Of a stretch of DNA of 64,000 nt, positions 51,862 through 60,500 are shown piece after piece. The notes below the pieces were generated by a model that was given only the letters and a program-made list of their open reading frames with translations, did no database searches and was not told where the DNA came from. Numbering within the stretch: position 1 is the stretch's first letter; the number at the start of each line of letters is the position of its first letter. This DNA comes from a virus. The stretch covers positions 71,903 through 135,902 of the IMG/VR virus record IMGVR_UViG_3300037882_002578. One strand, written 5' to 3'. A program made the translations under genes and the position numbers.

Positions 51862-52780
51862 GTATTTTTCTTAAATTTATTGAGTTACAGTGGACTAACC
51901 AAGAGTTCCATCTTTCTTTGTTTTTACTTCTTTTGTAATTTTGTTTTATGCTTTTCCTTAATAGTGTGTAGTCTTTTCTATGAACAAAGCCAACAAAATC
52001 AACCCCTCTATCTTCTACAGGAAATATTTGATAAGTGTGCTTTATTTCTAATTTTAATGTTTTTAAATAAGAACTTATTTTACTTAATATTAAATGCAGT
52101 TCTTTTTTATCATTAGATAAAATTACTATATCATCCATGTAACGCCACACATACCTTACTTTTAATTCTTGCTTTATGTAGTGGTCTAAATAACATAAAT
52201 AAAAATTAGCCAAATACTGACTTATAAGTGAACCAAGTGGAAGTCCTATAGGATTAGAATCTATAATATTATCTAATAAATTTAATAAATCTTTATCCTT
52301 GAACTTTTTTCTCAGCATCAACTTTAAAATATCATGGTCTACATTTTTATAAAACTTTTTAATATCTAATTTTAAACAGTTTTTATTATAATTTTCATCT
52401 TGTAATGCTTTTCTTAAGCTATAAGATGCTTTACAAATACCTCTACCTTTTATACAACTGTAGGTATTTTTGTTAAATACCTTAACTAGTATTTCACCTA
52501 TTTGTAATATAATTGCGTGGTGTAATATTCTGTCAGGGTAGTAAGGTAATCTTGAAATAGTTCTATGCTTAGGCTTTAATATTTCAAAGCTACTATATTC
52601 AGAAGTCTTAAACTGCCTATGATTTAACAACTCATGTAAATTATTTATATTTTCAACTTCGTTTTCTATATGTTTATTAATACCAAATTGACCAATTTTT
52701 CCTTTTCTAGCAATTTTATCAGCTTTTTGCAAATTTTCAACACTTATTATTTTAGTATATAAATTTGATTTACATTTCAT
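51842..52780 (-). CDS. DGR-type reverse transcriptase
   Basis: DRILHHAI, LDIKKFY, GLPLGSLISQYLANFYL, RYMDD and DFVGF motifs; 312 aa with no maturase or endonuclease domain. Confidence 0.93.
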   Translation of the reverse strand: MKCKSNLYTKIISVENLQKADKIARKGKIGQFGINKHIENEVENINNLHELLNHRQFKTSEYSSFEILKPKHRTISRLPYYPDRILHHAIILQIGEILVKVFNKNTYSCIKGRGICKASYSLRKALQDENYNKNCLKLDIKKFYKNVDHDILKLMLRKKFKDKDLLNLLDNIIDSNPIGLPLGSLISQYLANFYLCYLDHYIKQELKVRYVWRYMDDIVILSNDKKELHLILSKISSYLKTLKLEIKHTYQIFPVEDRGVDFVGFVHRKDYTLLRKSIKQNYKRSKNKERWNSWLVHCNSINLRKIHENNQN

Positions 52781-52892
52781 GTATTATTCTCTTGCTTCAA
52801 GAAACTCCTTTTCACTTTCATTACTAAGGAGTTGAGGCTTATTTTTATTTTTCACCTTGTTGGTGAGGTCTCAGTTTAAATTTTATAAACAG
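52781..52892 (-). ncRNA. DGR spacer region between TR and RT
   Basis: Hairpins TCACC-AACAA-GGTGA and AACTCCTT...AAGGAGTT directly 3' of the TR. Confidence 0.55.
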
Positions 52893-52950
52893 GAGTGATG
52901 AGGTGACATTACTATTCGAGTTGTTGTAATTAGAATTGTTGAAACGAAAG
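52893..52950 (-). repeat. DGR template repeat (TR)
   Basis: Minus strand CTTTCGTTTC AAC AAT TCT AAT TAC AAC AAC TCG AAT AGT AAT GTC ACC TCA TCA CTC: intergenic, seven AAY codons, 19 adenines. Confidence 0.92.
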
Positions 52951-52983
52951 CAGGGGACACTTCTTAAACTTAAACCTTTGTTA

Positions 52984-53433
52984 TTAATACATTAATCGTT
53001 TACAAATAGCTAAATAATTTTTATTATTACCTGCTGAGTTTGCTAATTTTTCTGTTTTGAAGGAGAGTGACGAGGCGACATCACTATCCGAGCCGTAGCA
53101 ATTAGAACAGTCGAAACGAAAGTTATTATTTAAATAATACCAATTTCTCCATTTTTTTTCAGAATTGTTATTCCAATCAAAGATGTGTTTTTCATTTAAG
53201 GCTCTATTTATACAAACTGCTTCCTGATTAGCTAAGATTCTATCAGAAATATCTACTTTTTGCAACTGTCTTAAATTACTCACTTCTAAGTCATCCTCTC
53301 CAAGATAATCTATACAATCTTGTAAAGTACACGTTGAAGCATCTAATTGTTTTTGTTTGTTTATTTGAGCTAGTTGCTCTTTGGTTAAAGTGATTTCTAC
53401 ATCTTTACCATTAATTTGAATTGTTGTTTTCAT
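52984..53433 (-). CDS. DGR target protein 1 (149 aa)
   Basis: Contains the VR encoding FRFDCSNCYGSDSDVASSL. Confidence 0.87.
   Translation of the reverse strand: MKTTIQINGKDVEITLTKEQLAQINKQKQLDASTCTLQDCIDYLGEDDLEVSNLRQLQKVDISDRILANQEAVCINRALNEKHIFDWNNNSEKKWRNWYYLNNNFRFDCSNCYGSDSDVASSLSFKTEKLANSAGNNKNYLAICKRLMY
53065..53122 (-). repeat. DGR variable repeat VR1
   Basis: Aligns ungapped to the TR over 58 bp with 11 mismatches, all at TR adenines. Confidence 0.93.
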
Positions 53434-54291
53434 ACTATGTTTTTATTTTTTTTTTGCAAAGATAATACTTTATTTTTAATTGCACAAGAAAAATTTTAAT
53501 CTTGTTTATACCAAAACCTAATTGTATTCTCTAAGGTTTCAATGTTAATAATTTGTCTCCCTTCTAATTTTTCGTCTACTTCTGCTCTAACATAATGCAT
53601 TAAATAGTCTCTTCTATCTATATCTAAGTAATTTATTGTTTGTGTCATAATTTTTCATATTTTATTTCGGCGCAAAAAGTTAAAAATAGATTTTAATAAT
53701 CTTGAATATACCTATACTGCAACAAACACATTAACTGATATTCTTTACTTCCTTTCTCTACTTGATTCATAATGGAGTTATAATAGTCCATAGCTTTAGT
53801 AAACTTAGTTTCCATAATATTTATCTAAGAAATCATAAAATTTTATCATTTCTTCTTTAGTAAAACTCATTTCTTTTTCACCGAAAGAGATAATAAAAGT
53901 AGATTCTTCATACACATCTATAGACAAAGAGTCTACTTCATTTTCTTTAACTCTAATATAATTTATACTATCGTTAACATTACCATTATTTAACCATTTT
54001 TTCATATCTGTTTATTTTTTACAAATGTATTACTTTTTCGGCGAAATAAAAAATAAAACAGTAATTATTTTTCTAAAAAAGATTCCATTAATATCTTATC
54101 TTTACTAGTATCACTTAACTTACTAACAACCTTATTTCTAAATAAAGATTCTACGTCAATAAACATATTTAAACTTTCCTCTATACTTAAATCATTTAAA
54201 AGGTTAAACATTATAGTTTCTCTTCTAGTTACTAATGATTTTTCATGTTCTATTTCTTTTCTTTTTTTATTCCAAGTTTTAATTTTATGTG

Positions 54292-54633
54292 TCATATTTT
54301 TATATTATTTAAAGGTGATTGTATTTTACTAATTATGTTGTCCGAAATATGCGTATACATCATTGTTGTTTTAACGTTTGAATGACCTAAAAGCCTCTGT
54401 ATCAAATGAATATCTATGCAATTCTCAACCATGTGGCTTGCAGGTTTTCCAAATGTGCACACTGCTTTCAATTCGTTATTTTCAAAGTAACCAAAAGAAA
54501 AAGTAATACTCGGTTTTCTACCTGAATAATGACGAGGTAATAAAAAATCAACCGCTTGTTTATACGTAATTGAAGAAAAACTGCCACTAACATCGGCTAT
54601 ATTTAGTTGCGGTGTCTGTGCTAAATTTGACAT
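54292..54633 (-). pseudogene. Chimeric ORF: hairpin-derived N-terminus, Mom-like fragment and tyrosine-recombinase C-terminus
   Basis: C-terminal HMVENCIDIHLIQRLLGHSNVKTTMMYTHIS...SPL is tyrosine-recombinase box II with catalytic H and Y. The middle DFLLPRHYSGRKPS...AVCTFGKPAS resembles Mom-family DNA-modification proteins. Confidence 0.7.
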
Positions 54634-54707
54634 TTGTTTAAGTTATTATTAATTTGAAAGTTTTTCGCTTTTAACACCGCAACTAAATATAGCCGATGTT
54701 AGTGGCA
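54582..54707 (-). repeat. attC-like site 1 (perfect 34-bp inverted repeat)
   Basis: TGCCACTAACATCGGCTATATTTAGTTGCGGTGT (54582-54615) and its exact reverse complement (54674-54707). Confidence 0.7.
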
Positions 54708-54710
54708 AGA

Positions 54711-54935
54711 CTAAGTTACCGTTTCTAAGTACTTTTTGAAATTAGTAATAAATTCATTTTCATCTGCAATGTCAGCATCTATAAGATTTTTATTAATGAA
54801 AAAAGAATACATAAACTTATCATCTAAATCATTTAGCATTAATATTTTATTTTCATCAAATAATAATGTTATTTTACTTTTTTCAATAAAATAATCTATC
54901 GGTTGTAATTCCTTAATTATGTTTTCAGTATTCAT
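54711..54935 (-). CDS. Cassette-like hypothetical protein (74 aa)
   Basis: Stop lies within about 4 nt of site 1; ATG about 30 nt after site 2. Confidence 0.6.
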   Translation of the reverse strand: MNTENIIKELQPIDYFIEKSKITLLFDENKILMLNDLDDKFMYSFFINKNLIDADIADENEFITNFKKYLETVT

Positions 54936-54964
54936 AATAATATTTAGTTTTAAAAATCCGTCCA

Positions 54965-55058
54965 GCTACTAACACACGCTTGTAGCTATATGCTACGACT
55001 ATTTTTTTCTATTCACGTTCTATATTGGCATACAGCGACAAGCTTTTCCGTTAGTAGC
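54965..55058 (-). repeat. attC-like site 2
   Basis: GCTACTAAC/GTTAGTAGC outer stem, an asymmetric internal loop (6 vs 4 nt), then GCTTGT/ACAAGC, GCT/AGC and TATGC/GCATA pairs. Confidence 0.7.
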
Positions 55059-55076
55059 AACCGCCATTGTTAGCTG

Positions 55077-55256
55077 TTAATCTCGTAGTTTAAGCCGTTT
55101 TTTTAAAGATTTGTTTACAAGATTCACTCGTCTACTAACTGAACGTGCTAATTCTTCGTCAATCATTCCTACTGTGATTGCCATTTCTTCAGCAAGAGAC
55201 ACTAAGGCCATGAATTGTGCTTCGGTTAGTTCTAGTTTTATTTTTTTAGATGCCAT
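55077..55256 (-). CDS. Cassette-like hypothetical protein (59 aa, not in ORF track)
   Basis: MASKKIKLELTEAQFMALVSLAEEMAITVGMIDEELARSVSRRVNLVNKSLKKRLKLRD, between sites 3 and 2. Confidence 0.55.
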   Translation of the reverse strand: MASKKIKLELTEAQFMALVSLAEEMAITVGMIDEELARSVSRRVNLVNKSLKKRLKLRD

Positions 55257-55279
55257 AATTTCTAAGTTTTACGTGGTAT

Positions 55280-55413
55280 GCCACTAACAGCTAGTACAAC
55301 TCACTAGGGCATTCGACTTTGGTTAATATTGTTTTGTGTTTGTTTTAAATTGTCGCATCGGAAAATACTACGATTCCTTATCCCTAGTGAGTTGTACTAG
55401 CAGAACATTAGGG
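55280..55413 (-). repeat. attC-like site 3
   Basis: Perfect 20-bp inner IR (55290-55309 / 55382-55401), with outer CCCTAAT...GTTAGTGG boxes on the minus strand. Confidence 0.7.
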
Positions 55414-55418
55414 AATAG

Positions 55419-55646
55419 CTATTGAGCAACTATCTCAATAGGACTAACCGAACGACCATTTTCCGCTAATTTTAATTTTCCGTTGAATAAAAATAAATTC
55501 AAGTTTTTAAGGCTGTCAAATTCTTTTATTATTTCTTCGTCCCAAAACTCTCTTAAATTTCCAGAGCCATCGCTATTTATTTCAATTGTTGTAGAAATAT
55601 TATTTCTTTTTTCAAATTCATCCATTAATTTTAATGTATTTTCCAT
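55419..55646 (-). CDS. Cassette-like hypothetical protein (75 aa)
   Basis: TAG abuts site 3; ATG about 25 nt after site 4. Confidence 0.6.
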   Translation of the reverse strand: MENTLKLMDEFEKRNNISTTIEINSDGSGNLREFWDEEIIKEFDSLKNLNLFLFNGKLKLAENGRSVSPIEIVAQ

Positions 55647-55670
55647 AGTTTGTAAATATTTAGCCGATTT

Positions 55671-55804
55671 GCTAACACTGCATAACAGTAATTTAGGCGT
55701 CAGGCTGGATTTATAATTTAGTTTGCGCCTTACGCACTTGTAATAATCTTAATAATTCGGGTGTACTTTTTTGCCACATCGTGTAGTTGCAAAACGTTGT
55801 AAGT
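55671..55804 (-). repeat. Hybrid attC-like site 4 (non-matching arms)
   Basis: Left arm ACTTACAAC-GTTTT-GCAACTACACGATGTGGC and right arm CGCCTAAATTACTGTTATGCAGT-GTTAGC. Each arm looks like those of sites 1-3, but they are not complementary to each other. Confidence 0.5.
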
Positions 55805-55830
55805 AAGTTTGCTCAACTTTGTAGCCAAAA

Positions 55831-56016
55831 TTACCTTTTATCGATTATTTTATAGTATTGCTCAGCCTCCATTATATGCAAGAATCTTGCATCCTGATAT
55901 TTATTTTTAATATAATAATCAATTTCTTTTTGAGCAATTTCTTCTGAATCATACTCTTGTTATGTATATCTTTGAAGTTTATTTTTATTGTCGTGAAAAG
56001 TGATAATATATCTCAT
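55831..56016 (-). pseudogene. Cassette-like ORF with in-frame TAA at codon 19
   Basis: 62 codons: MRYIITFHDNKNKLQRYT*QEYDSEEIAQKEIDYYIKNKYQDARFLHIMEAEQYYKIIDKR*. Confidence 0.45.
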
Positions 56017-56038
56017 AATTAGCGTGTTAAAAAACCTA

Positions 56039-56067
56039 CCTACAACAATATATTGTAGCAATTAAGG
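56039..56067 (-). repeat. attC-like right half-site at the array entry
   Basis: Minus strand CCTTAATTGCTACAATATATT-GTTGTAGG, about 20 nt before the first cassette ATG. No partner arm found upstream. Confidence 0.4.
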
Positions 56068-56768
56068 TTTCGGTTATTAATTTATTTTATAACGTATCTC
56101 ATCGTCAACAGTTACTTCTTCAATTATACCTCTATTGATTAAAGTAAAATGCTCTCTTTGAAAGTTCCAAAACCATATAGCTTCCTCTTTTTTTAGAGTT
56201 AAACCTTTGTAATGTTTTAGAGTGTTAATTGTTTCTTCTGTATTCATTTTTTACCACCGAATAAAAAAGAAAGTAAGATTGTTACTGTCACAATATTACT
56301 TAATTTTATCCAAACCCAATAAAGATTTTGAGGTTGAGAGTCAAATAGGCAAGCTACTGCTACAATAATACTGCATAAAAACAATAAACATAAGACCTTA
56401 TAAAAAATACATGTTATAAATCTTCTCATAATTATTTTGTTATTATAAATTCATATCCTACGAATGGTAAAGAACACTTGAATTTAGTCCCTTTTGGAAT
56501 ATTCCACTTAGCAATTAATCTTTTTACGGCTTTTAGTGAGTAAGCATTGTTAAATCCTTCGTAAGTCATTGCATAGTAAGATGAACTCATACCGCCTTTG
56601 CCATTGTATTCACTTTGCCATTGCCCTTTTTCTAAACAAAACCACCATCCATTCTCGACAGGTTCAATATGAAATGGTCTTTTTGTTTTATATCCATTGT
56701 CTAATTTAAGAATGGCACACTTTTTAATTCTTTGTCCTTTTGGTTTACTTGATATTACTTTCATAACT

Positions 56769-57191
56769 TTATTTTATTAATGCTTCTTCAAGCTTTACTA
56801 CTTTATCATAAAATCTAATAATCTGTTTAGATTCTGTTAGTCTTAAATTAATTCGTTCTTTCAGTAGTTTCCTTGAATTTTTTGTTTCCCGCCAATCGTT
56901 AAATAAATGAGTTGGAATATTTTTGTAAGATTCTGAATAATCTTCTGCTTTAATACCACGTTTTAAACATTCAATGTATAGAGCATCACTTCTTTTAGAC
57001 AAATACAAAATTTTATCTCTAAAAAACGATTCATGTCCTCGATTTAAACAAAACTCATTAGGTACAGGTTTGCTAAAGTCGTATTTATTATTTTTAGCTT
57101 TATTTGCAACTCGTTTTATTTCACGATATTCAGCAAATAGCATACTGTTTGAAAGTTCGTAAGGCTGTATTGAAGCATTAATTCTTGTCAT
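56769..57191 (-). CDS. denV: Pyrimidine-dimer DNA glycosylase (T4 endonuclease V family)
   Basis: MTRIN...L.AEYREI.RV...F.L..GH..FF.DK..YL.KR...L..EC.KRG pattern. Confidence 0.88.
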   Translation of the reverse strand: MTRINASIQPYELSNSMLFAEYREIKRVANKAKNNKYDFSKPVPNEFCLNRGHESFFRDKILYLSKRSDALYIECLKRGIKAEDYSESYKNIPTHLFNDWRETKNSRKLLKERINLRLTESKQIIRFYDKVVKLEEALIK

Positions 57192-57527
57192 AATTATTTT
57201 TTATTTTCTTTTGTCAATTTTTTATCCGCCCGATTTTCAATTTTCTCTATAGACTTTTTAATTGATATTGTATTAGCTGTATTTACTATTATAATAGTTA
57301 TACTACAAAGTGCTATAAAGATTATTGTTTTTTGATAGTTTGTCATTGTTATAATATCTCTCTAAAATAAGTTAAAAAATCTTCCTCTTCAACTGCATAC
57401 TCAACATCATCACATAAGTTTACTAAAACTGTATCTGTGTCTTCATATAGAGCTTGTTTTAATGTTGTTAGTGAACCGTAACGTTCCATAACTGCTTTTA
57501 GCATTATTGTTTTATTGTCTTTCATAA

Positions 57528-60500
57528 TTAAATTTTGTTTTTTAGTTCTTTTTCGGCGAAATACACAATTAAGTCTCTTTCTTTCTTAGATAAATTAGAA
57601 ATTTTATTAAGCGCTCTATTGTATTCGTTTTGTAATTCTAAATTAGTAAGTTTTTTAATCTTTTCAACTGTTGGATTCTTTTTTAAACCCCCTCCAAAAT
57701 ATCTTGAGTAAAACGTAAACTCTTCTGATTCCATTAGAGTATTCAAGTATGTATTCATACTCTTAATTATTATAGTTTTCTAATTGTTTTTTATTGCACT
57801 TATCAAAACCGTAAAATTCTAAAAAGGCGTTCGTATGTTTAGCTGTTGTAAGGCTATAATAACCGTTTACAACCATTTTATTTGTTTCGTGGTCATAGTG
57901 TGCCACTTTTGTATTATAGCTGTATAAATAGCTTATATTGTTTTCTTGTTCTACTTTACATTTACCGTAAAAACTTTTTCTTCCGTTTGTTGGCTTTAAT
58001 TCAAATGTTGTCATAACTATACAAATTCAATTGTTACTATATTTTCTTCACTGTCTACTAAATCTCCTAACATATTTAAAACTCCTTCTAAGGCTTCTAT
58101 CTCATACCCCATTAACCCTGTGTTTAATAAATAAGATAGTGTGTTTATCTATTGTTCTAATAATTCTTTATCTACTTTCATAATTTTATTTTAAAATAAA
58201 CACAACGAGCGCATAAAAAGGATTAATGTTATCCCAAAGTATGTCTCTTAATATATGCGCCATTGTGTATTAGTTAATTAATCCTCTAAAGTTACAATAA
58301 TTGTTATACCTGTGCCACTTCTCTTGAGTTCTACATCTTTAGTAGTTAATTTTTTGTATATTTCTTGTAATCCCCAAATTTGATTACCATTTATACTTTT
58401 AACTGTTGTTTTTACAACGTTGCCTTGAACTGTTACTCTAGTGTTAAACCCTCTTTCTAAAATTTGTTTTACTTCTTGCATTTTAATTTACATTTATAGT
58501 TATTAATTATGTAATCTAGTGAAACATTACCTTGTACTCTGTCAACTATTTCTTCTTCATCTACAATTTGTAGTAAGTCGCAAAGAATATCTAAAATAGC
58601 TCCCCATTTGTGACTGTCTTCTTCGTTTTCATACTCCCTTTGTAAATCTTCCATCCAATCCCCAAAGTCTGTTGGAGTAAAAGATATAAAACCTGGTCGA
58701 GTTGAATGCATCTTTTTTAATTCTTTTGCGACCTCTAAAGCGTTTGCAATTAAAGTGTTTTTAATTCTTTCAAAATCACCCGAAGAAAATTGAATTAAAA
58801 CGTTAATACTGTCATTCTCAAAATTATAGAATTTCGGCGAATAAATATAATCAAAAGTAATTTTTAAATCAGTACCCATATCTCTATTAAAAGCATCTTC
58901 AAATACTCCTACACATTCTTTTGCAATAGCTGTTCTTACTTGAGAATAGTCAAAATCAACTTCATCTGAGGTAAGATTTTCACCCTCTAAAATACGTTCT
59001 TCTTGGTCTTCAATTACTGCTCCAAATAAGCTTCCGTAAAACCCTGCGAACTGGGGTAAATAAGTTTTAATTGTTTTCATAATTTAGTTTAAAGGCACGT
59101 TAATAAATCTTATTACTTGGTCGCTATTAAAATCTTCATCGTTAAAAGCTTGTTGAAATACTTGTACAGAATAAACTGTTCCATTCTCTTCTGCAATACT
59201 CATAAACTCCTCATCTGTTAAGGTAGTATATATTTTTTCATTAAACCTTAAACTTTGTTGAGCTTCAATTACATAAACTCTTGTTTCAGTTTGTTGTGGA
59301 AAGTTATTTTGATTTGTGTATTTAGAAATAGATTCTTTTAAATTATCGGTTTCATTTTCTGTTCCTGTAAATTGTATTGTTTTCATACTATTTTTGTTTT
59401 AAAAGCTCTTTGCCTATTTCTTTTATTCTTTTATCTTCTATTTGCTGTAACTCTTTTTCTCTAATTTCGCAACATTTGTAATAAAACGCTCTTTCAATGT
59501 AATTCTCAAATAAAACAAGTATACTTTCTGGTAACTTAAAACTTATCTCAAACTTAAAAACTCTATTTTCAAATTGTGAAGAGTACCTACTAATTGAAAA
59601 ATACGTGATTGATGCCTTTAAATTATTATCAAGTTTAACAGTATACTCATCTAAGTTTGAACCCCAATTCTTTTCATTTGTGTAAGGTCTATACTTTTCA
59701 TCAAAACTGTCTCTATACCTTACACTACTAACTTTAATATCTTCATTTAAAAGTTTAGCTTTAATAGCAGAAATTATATTTTTGTAGGTATCCCAAGTGT
59801 TTACAGTACTGTAAACACTTACATTTTTTACAATTTTTAACTTATCTATCATATTTTTAGTTTTTTGCGCAAAAAATTAATTTAAAATAGTTAATAAATC
59901 TAAACCGTAAATCTCTTTTGCTTGTGTAATTAAATCAGTTAAATAAAAAGCCATCAAATTAAATCCTATTCCTAGTAATACATAGTAATTACCTTTTTGT
60001 TCGTAGTGTATCATGAGTAGTATATTTGAAAACCTTTTGGATTATCAATTGCTATTTGCATACAATCAATAATATGTTCTCGATTAGTGTTACAATCTAT
60101 AGAGTTACTTAAATCTTTTATTGTAGTTGCTCCCGTATCAACTTTAAAGAACTTAAACCATAAACCTTTTAATGTTTTAGGATTTTTTCTTATCTCTTTG
60201 TCAATTTCTTTTAAGGCGAATATTAACTCTCTTTTTTCTATTTTTCCCGCCAAAAAAGATTGAAATAAATCTATAACAGTAGAACGGTATTTTTTATAAT
60301 TTCTCATCTGTATAAGTATTAAAGGTTGCACCAAAAATCCTCTTCTTCGCATAACTCACTACCTACAATCTGCTCTAAAGAACCTTCATCTAAATGTTGG
60401 TGATAGAATCTACTTCTTAATTCTTCTAACTCTTCTTGGTTTAATTCGTGAACTGTTCTCATAACTCTTATTGTTTTATAGTACAAATATACAATTAATT

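Larger units (their letters stand above)
51439..53433 (-). mobile_element. Diversity-generating retroelement: target-TR-RT-target
   Basis: RT gene, a non-coding template repeat, and two variable repeats that differ from the TR only at adenines. Confidence 0.93.

Noticed and set aside
51842-52780. RT as a group II intron, retron or Abi RT
   Set aside because: It is short, has no maturase or endonuclease domain, and is flanked by a TR and two adenine-mutated VRs, which is diagnostic of a DGR.
54582-56067. CRISPR array or simple terminators
   Set aside because: The repeats are not identical direct repeats with short spacers. They are 90-135-nt long-loop inverted repeats separated by whole ORFs and lack U-tracts.
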